Source: Demequina sp. (lineage in GTDB: Bacteria; Actinomycetota; Actinomycetes; Actinomycetales; Demequinaceae). Taken from it: a stretch of DNA of 64,000 bases. Of the stretch, positions 27,548 to 37,077 are shown piece after piece. Each line of letters begins with the position of its first letter. Within the stretch, counting starts at the first letter, position 1. The stretch covers positions 12,571 to 76,570 of the forward strand of contig JASBTB010000007.1 of NCBI GenBank assembly GCA_030148645.1, in the 5' to 3' direction. The notes under the pieces were generated by a model, which was not told where the DNA came from, ran no database searches, and saw nothing but the letters and a program-made list of their open reading frames with translations. The translations under genes and the position numbers were made by a program.

Positions 27548-29031
27548 GCGCGCGCGAGACCGAGCGGCTGCACACCTCGGTGCTGGTCGCTCCGGCGAAG
27601 GAGCGACGCCGGATGCGCAAGCAGCGCCTGGAGGCGGCCGCCCGCCTCCAGGCCGAACAGCGCCGCACCGAGCAGGCAGCAGCGAAGGCCAAAGCCGACG
27701 CCGAGCGCGCCGAACGCCGTGCGACGCAATATCTGCCTGCGGCGGGTGAACCCGGACCGGCAGCGCTGCGCACACCGGGCAGATTCCACCTCCCTCGCCA
27801 CCAGGACACGTCCGCGACTCTTGCCGGGGCGTATCCGTTCGTCGCCGAGGGCGGTCTGGGCGCCGACGGGGTCTTCGTCGGCCAAGACCTCTACTCCGGC
27901 GGCTCCTTCGTCTACGACCCCTGGGTGCTCTACGCCCGTGGGGTCATCACCGCCCCCAACCTCGTCCTGGCCGGGATCGTCGGCTCCGGCAAATCCTCCC
28001 TGGCGAAGTCGCTCTACACGCGGTCGTTGCCCTTCGGGCGGCGCGTGTATGTGCCCGGTGATCCCAAGGGCGAGCACACCGCGGTCGCGAACGCGGTCGG
28101 CGGCCGGGCGATCGTCCTGGGACACGGCCTGAACACACGGTTGAACCCGCTCGACGAGGGTCACCGGCCCAGCGGGTTCACCGATGAAGAGTGGGCCACC
28201 ACGGTCGCCTCCCGCCGCCGCGACCTCATCGGCGCCCTGGCCGAAACCGTCCTCGCCCGCGGACTGACGCCTCTGGAGCACACCGCGATCGACCTGGCCC
28301 TGACCGAGACGGTACGGGAGAACGCGGTGCCGATCCTGCCGATGGTCGTCGACCGCATCCTCACCCCCAACGAAGCAGCCGATGGACGGCTGGCCGAGGA
28401 CGGCCGGCTCGTCGGCCACGCCCTGCGCCGCCTTGTGGCCGGTGACCTCGCCGGCCTGTTCGACGGTCCCTCCACGGTGACGTTCGACCCGAGCCTGCCG
28501 ATGATCTCCCTCGACCTGTCCCGCGTGACGGAGAATTCCACGCTCATCTCGGTGTTGATGACGTGCTCGTCGGCGTGGATGGAATCCGCGCTGCTGGACC
28601 CGGCCGGTGGTCAACGCTGGGTGATCTACGACGAAGCCTGGCGGCTGATGTCCCACCCGGCCCTGCTGCGCCGGATGGATGCGCACTGGCGGTTGGCGCG
28701 GCATTACGGGATCGCGAACATGCTGATCTTCCACAAGCTCTCTGACCTGGACAACGTCGGTGACGCCGGCTCCGCGATGCGATCCCTGGCCAGCAGCCTG
28801 CTGGCGAACGCGGAGACGCGGATCGTCTACCGGCAAGAATCCGACCAACTCGGCCCCACCGCCCAAGCCCTCGGACTCACCGGCACCGAACAGAAACTCC
28901 TCCCATCGTTGGGCGTCGGGCAGGGACTGTGGCGGATCAAGGACCGGGCCTTCGTCACCCAGCACCAACTCCATCCCGCCGAACTGGCACTGTTCGACAC
29001 CAGCTCCCGGCTCACCTCGGGGGTGAAGTGA
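27544..29031 (+). CDS. VirB4-like conjugative ATPase
   Basis: Walker A GIVGSGKSS, Walker B VIYDEAW, RHYGIANMLIFH. Confidence 0.92.
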   Translation: MSARETERLHTSVLVAPAKERRRMRKQRLEAAARLQAEQRRTEQAAAKAKADAERAERRATQYLPAAGEPGPAALRTPGRFHLPRHQDTSATLAGAYPFVAEGGLGADGVFVGQDLYSGGSFVYDPWVLYARGVITAPNLVLAGIVGSGKSSLAKSLYTRSLPFGRRVYVPGDPKGEHTAVANAVGGRAIVLGHGLNTRLNPLDEGHRPSGFTDEEWATTVASRRRDLIGALAETVLARGLTPLEHTAIDLALTETVRENAVPILPMVVDRILTPNEAADGRLAEDGRLVGHALRRLVAGDLAGLFDGPSTVTFDPSLPMISLDLSRVTENSTLISVLMTCSSAWMESALLDPAGGQRWVIYDEAWRLMSHPALLRRMDAHWRLARHYGIANMLIFHKLSDLDNVGDAGSAMRSLASSLLANAETRIVYRQESDQLGPTAQALGLTGTEQKLLPSLGVGQGLWRIKDRAFVTQHQLHPAELALFDTSSRLTSGVK

Positions 29032-29591
29032 TGAACCGCAAACCCCCACGCCACGCTACCGGGCCGGAACCGGAGGACACGCCGGTCGTGCTGCCGCACG
29101 CGGTCATCATCGTCACCGAGACCGGCGCCCTGGACGTCACCCTCGACGGCACCGACTTTCCACCACCAGAAGGTGACGCGTGGACGCGGAGCACCTTCGG
29201 AGCCCTGCTGGATGCGCTCACCCGGGACCGAACCAGCACGGTGCGCATCGAGGTGCACGAGAGCGACGGGAGCGTGTTCACCGACATCATCCGCGCCCGC
29301 CGTCGCGCGCCCGAACCACCAGAAACCGAGGCCGAGACCGAAGGGGGCACGCGGTTCACGAGCAGCAGCAAGCGGCGGCCGGAACCGGTCGAAGTGACCG
29401 GCGAGGGGTTCGTGCCCGGCGAAGACGTCGCCGTCGCGGTCATCATCGCCCACACCGATGCCACCAGCACCGGTCATGCGCGCGCCCTCCTGGACCGGGG
29501 TCAACTCCGGTCGCTGCCATCCGATGTTGCCAGCGAGGTCGTGCTGTTCGGCCGCATCTCCGCCACCCTCCATGTTCGGCGGCTGCCGTGA
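29031..29591 (+). CDS. ICE hypothetical protein
   Basis: TGATG and GTGA coupling on both sides within the transfer operon. Confidence 0.65.
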   Translation: MNRKPPRHATGPEPEDTPVVLPHAVIIVTETGALDVTLDGTDFPPPEGDAWTRSTFGALLDALTRDRTSTVRIEVHESDGSVFTDIIRARRRAPEPPETEAETEGGTRFTSSSKRRPEPVEVTGEGFVPGEDVAVAVIIAHTDATSTGHARALLDRGQLRSLPSDVASEVVLFGRISATLHVRRLP

Positions 29592-31375
29592 ACACGCCGC
29601 AGCAGCGGCAAACCGGCTCCTTCGGCGACGAGCTGACCAACGCCGCCCTCATCGGGCTCGTCAGCATGTTCGGGGTCGCACTCATCCTCCGCGCATCCGG
29701 CTCCGTCGCAGCGTTCCTCACCGGCCCACCCCAACCCGACGCTGGCCCCGCCGCCGGCCTCGGGGTGCTGTTCAACCCCGGCGACCCAGCCGCCGCGCTT
29801 GATGCCGACGGACTGAACCCCGTCGCCTACTGGGGCACCACCGCGGTGATGCTCGCTGGGCTCGTAGCCGCCGGGGCATGGGTGTGGGTTCTGCTGCGCC
29901 GCCACTCCCGCAAGGTCGAGACCGACCCGCGCCGCCTCGCTGGCACCGCTACGACCCATGAGATAGCCGAGACAGCCTCGGCGAAGGCACTGCTGCGCCG
30001 GGCCGGGACACTCCGGCCCTCCCTGGACAACCCAGACCCCTCGCATGTTGGCTATCTGATCGGCGCCTCCAAGGGTCGTGAGGTGTGGGCATCGGTGGAG
30101 GACTCGATCCTGCTCATCGGCCCACCCCGCTCGGGCAAGGGCCTGCACATCGTGATCCCGGCGATCCTCGACGCACCCGGCGCCGTCGTCACCACCTCGA
30201 CCCGGCCGGACAACCTCACCGCCACCCTCCGCGCCCGCCAACGCGACGGCCGTCCGGTGGCGGTGTTCGACCCCCAGCACCTCGCCGAAGGCATCCCCGC
30301 CGGACTCCGCTGGTCTCCGATCCGCGGCTGTGAAGACCCGCTGACGGCCATGATCCGCGCCACCGGCCTCGCCGCCGCCACCGGACTTTCCGCTGGCGGG
30401 GTCGAATCCGGCGGGTTTTGGGAAGGCAAGACCCGCACCGCGCTCCAAGCCCTTCTGCACGCCGCAGCTCTCGACCACCGACCACCGGCTGAACTGTTCC
30501 GGTGGACCCTCGACCCCTCCGCCGCGGCCGAGGCCGTCGCGATCCTCACCAACTCACCCAGCGCGGCGATGGGATGGGCGGACTCACTCGGGGCGATGAT
30601 CGATTCGGACCCCAAGACCCGCGACTCGATCTGGCAAGGCGTCGCACTCGCCCTCGGAGCCTTGGCCGACCCCCGCGTTCTCGACGCCGTCTCACCGGGA
30701 CCGGGTGAGGGCTTCGACCCCGAACACTTCATCCGAGAAAGAGGCACCCTCTACCTGTTGGCGACCGGCGCCGGTGCCGGGGCATCCGCCGCCCTGGTCG
30801 CCGCGTTCGTCGAAGACCTCATCGAGACCGCGCGCCGCATCGCCGCCCGCTCACCCGGTGCACGCCTCGACCCGCCCCTGCTGCTCGCGCTGGATGAGAT
30901 CGGCAACCTCGCCCCCTTGCCGTCGCTGCCGACGCTGATGGCCGAAGGCGGCGGCACCGGCATCACCACCCTGCCCGTGCTCCAGTCCCTGGCGCAGGCG
31001 AGGGACAAGTGGAACGAGAACGCCGCCGGCGCGATCTGGGATGCCTCCATCGTGAAGATCATCCTCGGCGGCGCCTCCAACTCCCGCGACCTTCAAGACC
31101 TGAGCACCCTGATCGGGGAACGCGACGAATACACCGACAGCGTGACTCTTGGCGACCACGGCACTCGCTCCAACCAACGCTCCATCCGCCGCGTCCCGAT
31201 CCTCCCACCCGACCGCATCCGCACCTTGCCGTTCGGCACCGGCGTCACTCTCTTGCGCGCCGCACCACCCATCGTCACCGACCTGCGCGCCTGGCCGTCA
31301 CGCCGCGACGCCGGAGGGTTGCAGGTCGACCGGACCGAGATCGAGGCGCTGCTGCGCCGCCCAACCGAGTCCTGA
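29588..31375 (+). CDS. VirD4/TraG type IV coupling protein
   Basis: N-terminal TMs, GPPRSGKG, LALDEIGN, VLQSLAQ. Confidence 0.93.
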   Translation: MNTPQQRQTGSFGDELTNAALIGLVSMFGVALILRASGSVAAFLTGPPQPDAGPAAGLGVLFNPGDPAAALDADGLNPVAYWGTTAVMLAGLVAAGAWVWVLLRRHSRKVETDPRRLAGTATTHEIAETASAKALLRRAGTLRPSLDNPDPSHVGYLIGASKGREVWASVEDSILLIGPPRSGKGLHIVIPAILDAPGAVVTTSTRPDNLTATLRARQRDGRPVAVFDPQHLAEGIPAGLRWSPIRGCEDPLTAMIRATGLAAATGLSAGGVESGGFWEGKTRTALQALLHAAALDHRPPAELFRWTLDPSAAAEAVAILTNSPSAAMGWADSLGAMIDSDPKTRDSIWQGVALALGALADPRVLDAVSPGPGEGFDPEHFIRERGTLYLLATGAGAGASAALVAAFVEDLIETARRIAARSPGARLDPPLLLALDEIGNLAPLPSLPTLMAEGGGTGITTLPVLQSLAQARDKWNENAAGAIWDASIVKIILGGASNSRDLQDLSTLIGERDEYTDSVTLGDHGTRSNQRSIRRVPILPPDRIRTLPFGTGVTLLRAAPPIVTDLRAWPSRRDAGGLQVDRTEIEALLRRPTES

Positions 31376-31395
31376 TATGCCCCGCGTCCGTGGGT

Positions 31396-31417
31396 GCGGG
31401 CGTGCACCTGCCTGACA
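31396..31417 (+). promoter_or_regulatory. ICE motif copy 9 (GGGCGTGCACCTGCCTGAC-A) upstream of ssb
   Basis: GTGCACCTG at 31402-31410. Confidence 0.5.
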
Positions 31418-31467
31418 CAGCGGCCCCGATCAGGTGGTCGCCACCGAGAAGTCAGGAAGGCACTGTC

Positions 31468-31914
31468 ATGGCTATTCAGACGCAGGAGTCGTTGTCGGGG
31501 TTCATCGCATCGGACCCGCAGGTACGCGAGACGTCGAAGGGCGATGCCCGGTTCTACGCACGGATCGGCAAGGAACACTTCCGCCGCGAGGACGACGGCT
31601 CGTTCACCCAGACCGAGACGACCTATCACCACATGGTGATGTTCGGCCGGTCGGCCGAACTCGCGGACGCCCGGTTCGCCAAGGGCGACAATTTCATCGC
31701 CGAGGGCTACACGCGCCCCGTCAGCTACGAACGCGATGGCCAGAACGTCGAGGGTGAAGAGTTCGTCGCCAAGAAGATCGGCCACGACCTCGCCCGCACC
31801 CGCTACGACGTGGATCGCACACCGCGCCGGGCGGCGGTGGAGCGGACAGCGGCCGCGTTTGAGGCGCCGGGCCGGCCGGTACCGGCCGCGCAGTCCTCAG
31901 CGCTGAGTCTGTGA
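31468..31914 (+). CDS. ssb: Single-stranded DNA-binding protein (ICE type)
   Basis: SLSGFIASDPQVRETSKGDARFYARIG...MFGRSAE..DARFAKGDNFIAEG (OB fold). Confidence 0.85.
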   Translation: MAIQTQESLSGFIASDPQVRETSKGDARFYARIGKEHFRREDDGSFTQTETTYHHMVMFGRSAELADARFAKGDNFIAEGYTRPVSYERDGQNVEGEEFVAKKIGHDLARTRYDVDRTPRRAAVERTAAAFEAPGRPVPAAQSSALSL

Positions 31915-31930
31915 ACCGGGAGCGGCGACG

Positions 31931-32548
31931 ATGACTGACGACCCCCGCGAACCCGACCCGGGCATCGACACCGACGAGCCGGACCTGGACGAACCCGACG
32001 TGGACGAGCCGGATGTCTTCAACAGTCCGCCGCGGATCAGCGCTGCGGACGTGTCGGAGCCACCGCACCCGGTGAACTGGAACCTGCTGACCGCGCACGA
32101 GCTGGAACAAGAATGGCTGGCGTTGAACCGGTGGGTGGACTGGCTGCGGCATACCTACGGGCTGCCCGCCAGCGTGATCCCGCCGTTCTGGCACCACCAC
32201 CCCGAGCTGGTCTGGGAGCTGTCAGCTCTGCATCTGCATTGGCTGTGCGCCTACGACGCAGAGCAGAACGGGTCCGCCCCAAGCGGGTGGCACCGCGACT
32301 TCGCCGAGACCCGCAACCGGCTCCGCGACTGGGTCGCCGCCTCCGGCACTCGTCTGGATCGGGACCGGTCCACCCGGCAGACCGTCTGGCCCGGCGAGGA
32401 CCCCGCACCGCCGGTGGAGGACATCGTCATCGCCGACCGCGACATGGAGTTCGTGGAATGGGTCCAAGCCGATGTGCGGCGCCGCCAGCAGGCCGAGGAC
32501 GAGTTCTACGCCCACATTGACGCCGTCACCGGGGAGGTGTGGGACTGA
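31931..32548 (+). CDS. DUF4913-like hypothetical protein
   Basis: WVDWLRHTY...PPFWHHHPELVWELSALHLHW motif. Confidence 0.65.
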   Translation: MTDDPREPDPGIDTDEPDLDEPDVDEPDVFNSPPRISAADVSEPPHPVNWNLLTAHELEQEWLALNRWVDWLRHTYGLPASVIPPFWHHHPELVWELSALHLHWLCAYDAEQNGSAPSGWHRDFAETRNRLRDWVAASGTRLDRDRSTRQTVWPGEDPAPPVEDIVIADRDMEFVEWVQADVRRRQQAEDEFYAHIDAVTGEVWD

Positions 32549-32808
32549 TGGGCACGTACGTGAAGAAGACGAACCGCCGCCGCTATGAGGACCGGTCGTT
32601 CTCGATCCGCGCGGTGCATCGTGACCGGCCCGACCTGCACAAGCTCGCCGAGGTACTCATCCGGCTGACCTTGCAGGAGACCGGCCGCACCCGTGCCGAA
32701 CATCGGGCCGCTGAACCACCCGACACCTACCGGCCGGCGACTGCTGGCACGCCTGGCGCCTCGATGTCTACGGCTATCGACCAGCGCCGGACCGGGAGGG
32801 TAGAATGA
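32548..32808 (+). CDS. Small basic protein upstream of the recombinase
   Basis: TGATG coupling; SIRAVHRDRPDLHKLAEVLIRL. Confidence 0.65.
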   Translation: MGTYVKKTNRRRYEDRSFSIRAVHRDRPDLHKLAEVLIRLTLQETGRTRAEHRAAEPPDTYRPATAGTPGASMSTAIDQRRTGRVE

Positions 32809-32997
32809 ACGAAGCAAGCCTCGCGCACCGCGTGGGGTGTTGTGGTCCTAAACCCCGCCGACTGGCGGGCAACACGCAACGTGGGCCCCTCTGGGTCTAG
32901 TCCTACAGCCTTCGGGCTGCTCTCACGATCAACACCCTCTCCGGGCCTTTGTAGGCCCGCGGGCGCGAGGGTCGATCCGCGTGAGAGAAGGATCCCG

Positions 32998-35712
32998 ATG
33001 ACCACCGCGTCCACCAACACCGACCCTGTGCTTGACGATCCGGTACAGAGCCTCATCGACCCGCCCGAGGGCGCCGCCGTAGCAGTGTCGTATCTGCGCG
33101 TGTCCACCAAGGAGCAGGCGCAGAAGGGCGGCCGGGACGAGGGCTTCTCCATCCCCGCGCAGCGTGAAGCCAACCGGCGCAAGGCCGAACAACTCGGCGC
33201 CGCGGTCGTGGAGGAGTTCATCGACGCCGGCGAGTCCGCGCGCAAGGCCGATCGGCCCGAGCTGATGCGGATGATCCGCTACGTCAAACAGCACAAGGTC
33301 GCCTACTGCATCGTGCACAAGGTCGACCGGCTCGCCCGCAATCGAGCCGATGACGTGACCATCCACCTCGCTCTCCAGCAAGCCGGAGTCCTGCTCGTCT
33401 CCGCGACCGAGAACATTGACGAGACGCCCTCGGGGATGCTGCTACACGGCATCATGTCCACCATCGCCGAGTTCTACTCCCGCAACCTTGCCACCGAGGT
33501 CACCAAAGGCATGACCCAGAAGGCCGCGGTCGGTGGAACCCTCGGCAAGGCGCCCATCGGCTACCTCAACGTCCGTACCCGCGACGAGATGGGCCGCGAG
33601 CTCCGCACCATCGAGCTCGACCCCGAGCGCGCGCCCATGATCGAGTGGGCCTTCAAGGCATACGCCTCCGGGAACTGGAGCGTCAGCCAGCTCCACGACG
33701 AACTCACCTCACGCGGACTCCGCAGCCTGCCAACCCCGAAGCGAGCGGCGAAGGCTCTCGCCGTCTCGACCGTGCACCGGCTCCTCACCAACCCCTACTA
33801 CAAAGGCGATGTCGTCTACCGCGGCACCCGCTACAAGGGGAACCACCCCGCGCTCGTGCCCGCCGAGGTCTGGTACCAGGTCCAGTCCGTGCTCACCGCG
33901 CACCAGTGCGCCGTCGAGGCGACCCAGGTTCACGGTCACTACCTCAAAGGCACCATCCACTGCGGCCAATGCGGGTCGCGGCTCATCGTCTCCAACGCGA
34001 AGAACCGCCACGGCAACGTGTACTGCTACTTCGTCTGCTCCGGCCGGCATTCCAAGCGGACCGAGTGCACGCGCCAGGCCATGCTCATCGAGGACGTGGA
34101 GAAGCTCGTCGAGGACTACTACTCCCGCGTCCAGATCACACCCGCCCAGCAAGACGCCCTCGCCGGGATGCTCCACCACGAGTTCGACCGGCTGATGGCC
34201 GCCGAAACCGAAGAACTCGCGCGTCTCACGGCCAACCGCGACCGGCTCGAAAGCGAGCAAGACCGACTCATGCAGGCCCACTATGCCGACGCGATCCCGC
34301 TGACCGTGCTCAAGCGCGAGCAGGACCGCATCCTCGCCGAACTCGACAAGGTGACCCGACGTATCGACGCCCACTTCGGCGACTACGCCGACGCCCGCGC
34401 CCACCTCGACGACGCCCTCGGGCTCCTCGCCAACTGCGCTGACATCTACAACCGGTGCGACGACGCCAACCGTCGCCTGTGCAACCAGGCGTTCTTCACC
34501 AAGGTCTACATCGACGAAGACGACGAGCTGCGCGTCGAGAACAACCGACCCTTCGAGATGCTCCTCGACCCCGAGATCAACGCCAACGCCCTCACCTGGG
34601 CCGAGAACGCAGACAAGGCCCGAACCACCACCAACGATTCTGTTGGCAAGGGTTCGAGCCTTGTGCGTCGGGTGGAGCTGAGGGGAATCGAACCCCTGAC
34701 CTTCTCATTGCGAACGAGACGCGCTACCAACTGCGCCACAGCCCCATCGCCCCTCGCGGAGCGACGAACAGAGTATCACTTCGACCCCGCCGCCCGGGAA
34801 CGCATCGGCGGGATCGGCGTCGGCGACCCCCAGGCCGCCGACGCCGACCGACCGCTAGCTGGCCGCCAGAATGTCGACCACGAACACGAGTGTCGCGCCG
34901 CCGGGGATCGTGTCACCGGATCCCGCGTCGCCGTAGCCGAGGTCCGGCGGAACGACCAGCAACACCTGGCTGCCGACCTTCTTGCCGACGAGTCCCTGGA
35001 CCCAGCCGTCAATGAGGCGGCCGGACGTCAAGATGAACGTATCGGGCGCGCCGCGATCCCACGAGGAATCGAACTTGTCGCCGTTGAAGATCCAGCCGGT
35101 GTACTGCACGGTCACGCTCTGGCCGTCCTCGACCACGGGGCCGTCTCCGGTAATGAGGTCCTGGGCCACGAGGCCAGAGGGCAACTCGGTGCTGGGGTAC
35201 GCCACCGACGGGGCGCCGTTGGCAGCAAGGGTGACGGTGGGGAGCCCGTCAACCGGAGCAACTGCGACGCCCTCGGCCCGCTCCAAAACGTCGCCCACGC
35301 CGGTCACGGTCACCACCATGATGCTGCCGCCGGTGCCATCACCGGGCGCGGCGTAGAGGAAGTCGGCTCCCACGCGGGCGCCGTTGAGCACATCGGCGAT
35401 GGCGGGGTCGATCTTGCTTGTGAGGAACTGAACCTTCTCAGTGGTGTCGGTGTCGTACGTCGAGTACTGCGTGGAGCCATCCGCACCCGACACGACAATG
35501 TACTGGAGCGAGAGCATCTTGCCCTCAGAAATCTGCTCCCCGCTTCCGTCGGTGACCAGACGCGCACCAGTCGTGGTGAACTCGACGGGCGTGGTCGCCT
35601 CCAGTTCGGGCGCGACTCCGTCGCCGTTGTCGATCCACTTCATCTGCGCGAGGGCGTCGGTGGGGTCGACGGCAGCGACGGGACTTGGTTGCGCGGTGGC
35701 GGAATCGGGTGA
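32998..35712 (+). CDS. Large serine recombinase; the recognisable protein ends near 34670 but the frame stays open through tRNA-Ala to 35712
   Basis: SYLRVST catalytic Ser, VHKVDRLARN, recombinase domain, CGQCG zinc ribbon and coiled coil; AGAAGG before ATG 32998. Confidence 0.93.
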   Translation: MTTASTNTDPVLDDPVQSLIDPPEGAAVAVSYLRVSTKEQAQKGGRDEGFSIPAQREANRRKAEQLGAAVVEEFIDAGESARKADRPELMRMIRYVKQHKVAYCIVHKVDRLARNRADDVTIHLALQQAGVLLVSATENIDETPSGMLLHGIMSTIAEFYSRNLATEVTKGMTQKAAVGGTLGKAPIGYLNVRTRDEMGRELRTIELDPERAPMIEWAFKAYASGNWSVSQLHDELTSRGLRSLPTPKRAAKALAVSTVHRLLTNPYYKGDVVYRGTRYKGNHPALVPAEVWYQVQSVLTAHQCAVEATQVHGHYLKGTIHCGQCGSRLIVSNAKNRHGNVYCYFVCSGRHSKRTECTRQAMLIEDVEKLVEDYYSRVQITPAQQDALAGMLHHEFDRLMAAETEELARLTANRDRLESEQDRLMQAHYADAIPLTVLKREQDRILAELDKVTRRIDAHFGDYADARAHLDDALGLLANCADIYNRCDDANRRLCNQAFFTKVYIDEDDELRVENNRPFEMLLDPEINANALTWAENADKARTTTNDSVGKGSSLVRRVELRGIEPLTFSLRTRRATNCATAPSPLAERRTEYHFDPAARERIGGIGVGDPQAADADRPLAGRQNVDHEHECRAAGDRVTGSRVAVAEVRRNDQQHLAADLLADESLDPAVNEAAGRQDERIGRAAIPRGIELVAVEDPAGVLHGHALAVLDHGAVSGNEVLGHEARGQLGAGVRHRRGAVGSKGDGGEPVNRSNCDALGPLQNVAHAGHGHHHDAAAGAITGRGVEEVGSHAGAVEHIGDGGVDLACEELNLLSGVGVVRRVLRGAIRTRHDNVLEREHLALRNLLPASVGDQTRTSRGELDGRGRLQFGRDSVAVVDPLHLREGVGGVDGSDGTWLRGGGIG
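34673..34745 (-). tRNA. tRNA-Ala(CGC); probable ICE integration site
   Basis: Reverse complement GGGGCTGTGGCGCAGTTGGTAGCGCGTCTCGTTCGCAATGAGAAGGTCAGGGGTTCGATTCCCCTCAGCTCCA; 73 nt, G3-U70 pair. Confidence 0.97.
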
Positions 35713-35811
35713 CGCGCCAGGCGACACCGTGCTGGCTTGACTCGGTGCGCAGGCCGCGAGCGCGAGGGTAGCTGCGGCAAGGGCGGCAGAAAGGACGAAC
35801 TTGTGCTTCAC
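34855..35811 (-). CDS. FKBP-type peptidyl-prolyl isomerase, lipoprotein
   Basis: Lipobox LAAC after MKHKFVL; VQYTGW...KFDSSWDRG...LIDGWVQGL...PPDLGYG. Confidence 0.92.
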   Translation of the reverse strand: MKHKFVLSAALAAATLALAACAPSQASTVSPGASPDSATAQPSPVAAVDPTDALAQMKWIDNGDGVAPELEATTPVEFTTTGARLVTDGSGEQISEGKMLSLQYIVVSGADGSTQYSTYDTDTTEKVQFLTSKIDPAIADVLNGARVGADFLYAAPGDGTGGSIMVVTVTGVGDVLERAEGVAVAPVDGLPTVTLAANGAPSVAYPSTELPSGLVAQDLITGDGPVVEDGQSVTVQYTGWIFNGDKFDSSWDRGAPDTFILTSGRLIDGWVQGLVGKKVGSQVLLVVPPDLGYGDAGSGDTIPGGATLVFVVDILAAS

Positions 35812-35999
35812 GTGCAATACTCCCAGTGATTCGGTGACGCACCAGTGTCCCACGGTGGAGCACATGGTCCGCGCCCACCGCCGACGAGCGGCGTCGGTAC
35901 TTCTCAACCAACGTCGGAAACGGCGCAGCGTTCCCGATCTGAGGAAATTCAGAGGATTCTTGTGCGGGCTGTTCGGGGACGGGGCCGATGACGGAGGAC

Positions 36000-37019
36000 T
36001 TAGGCGCTGGCTTGCCGACGCTTGGTAAGGATCGCGTCGAGCGCCCCTGTACGCGGGAGGTCGTGCGCGGCCTGCTCCGCCAGAGCCGCGGATGGTGTGG
36101 TTCCGTGGGAGGCATGCGAGGACGCCGCGTAGTCGTCCTGTGACAACGGTCGCGCCGTCTGTTGGCGCACCGACGCCTTGAGTGCGTAGGCGGGTACCGG
36201 CATCGTCTTGGGTCGCCACGGGCTGCCAGCGGGCCCCTGTCGGCCACCCTGCACGGCCGACGCGGTGGCTGCGGGAGCCTCGTGAGTGGCCCGCGCGCGT
36301 CGCGGCTTGGAGATCGCGGGCGCCGTGAGCGGCGCCAAGTCCGTCGCCGTGACGATGCGAATGGCCTGTGTCGCCACGTCGCTTGGCTGGACGTCGTGTC
36401 CATGCGCACGGGCGGCAGACACCACCTTGAGGGCACGCAACGCGGTTGCCGCCGCTCGCACCTCGTGATCGACGGCGCGAATCTGGGCGAGCGCTGCCCG
36501 TTCGGCAGCTCCCGCACGCACCGATGCGCCCACCGCGGTCACCATGGCACCCGTCGCGACGGCCGCGATCCAGGAAGGCGCGGTGGTGGTGGCCGAGAGC
36601 ACCCAGGCGACCACGGTCGCCACCGTCGCGACTCCTGACAGGAACGCGCGTCTGCGCGCACGAGCCGCACGCTGAGACATCGATCCCAGCCGGTCCCGCC
36701 GCAGGTGGAGACTCTCGCGTTGCGCGCGTGTGGCCGCGCGGTCGAGCGGGCCGTTCGGGCGCGACATGTGGGTCTGTCCCACCGAAGACACCCGGGCGCG
36801 AGCGGCACCCGTGACCAGCAGGGGGACCTCGGCCGACGCGCTTGCGGCATCGGCGGGGCTCACCCGTGCCGCCGTGGCTCGCACCACGCGCATGTCGGCG
36901 CTGTAACGATCCTCGGTGCGCACCAGCGCATAGTCGCTACGTTCACGGATACGCTGCGGCAGGACATAGGCAAGCACCAGTCCTACGGCGATGATTGCGA
37001 GAAGTCCTGCAGGAGGCAT
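36000..37019 (-). CDS. SepX/GlpR-like membrane protein
   Basis: N-terminal TM, RRRRAF followed by two TMs, PWRPKTMPVPAY motif; lies between rimJ and tRNA-Ala as in other actinobacteria. Confidence 0.65.
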   Translation of the reverse strand: MPPAGLLAIIAVGLVLAYVLPQRIRERSDYALVRTEDRYSADMRVVRATAARVSPADAASASAEVPLLVTGAARARVSSVGQTHMSRPNGPLDRAATRAQRESLHLRRDRLGSMSQRAARARRRAFLSGVATVATVVAWVLSATTTAPSWIAAVATGAMVTAVGASVRAGAAERAALAQIRAVDHEVRAAATALRALKVVSAARAHGHDVQPSDVATQAIRIVTATDLAPLTAPAISKPRRARATHEAPAATASAVQGGRQGPAGSPWRPKTMPVPAYALKASVRQQTARPLSQDDYAASSHASHGTTPSAALAEQAAHDLPRTGALDAILTKRRQASA

Positions 37020-37077
37020 GACACGACGGTAAGGCTGGGCCGGGCACGACGCCGGGACCCGGCTCGGCGTGTCAGTG

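Larger units (their letters stand above)
1..34672. mobile_element. T4SS-type actinobacterial ICE integrated at the 3' end of tRNA-Ala; left end lies outside the window
   Basis: Relaxase, VirB4, VirD4, VirB6-like, PrgI-like, pilin-like, wall hydrolase, SSB, prim-pol and ParB genes, with a large serine recombinase directly abutting tRNA-Ala; housekeeping genes resume after 34745. Confidence 0.93.

Noticed and set aside
32842-32997. N-terminal extension of the recombinase in the ORF track
   Set aside because: ATG 32998 has an AGAAGG SD and gives a normal distance to the YLRVS motif; the extension is low-information
34855-36219. 454-aa version of the FKBP gene
   Set aside because: It overlaps the upstream gene; a signal peptide with lipobox starts at GTG 35811
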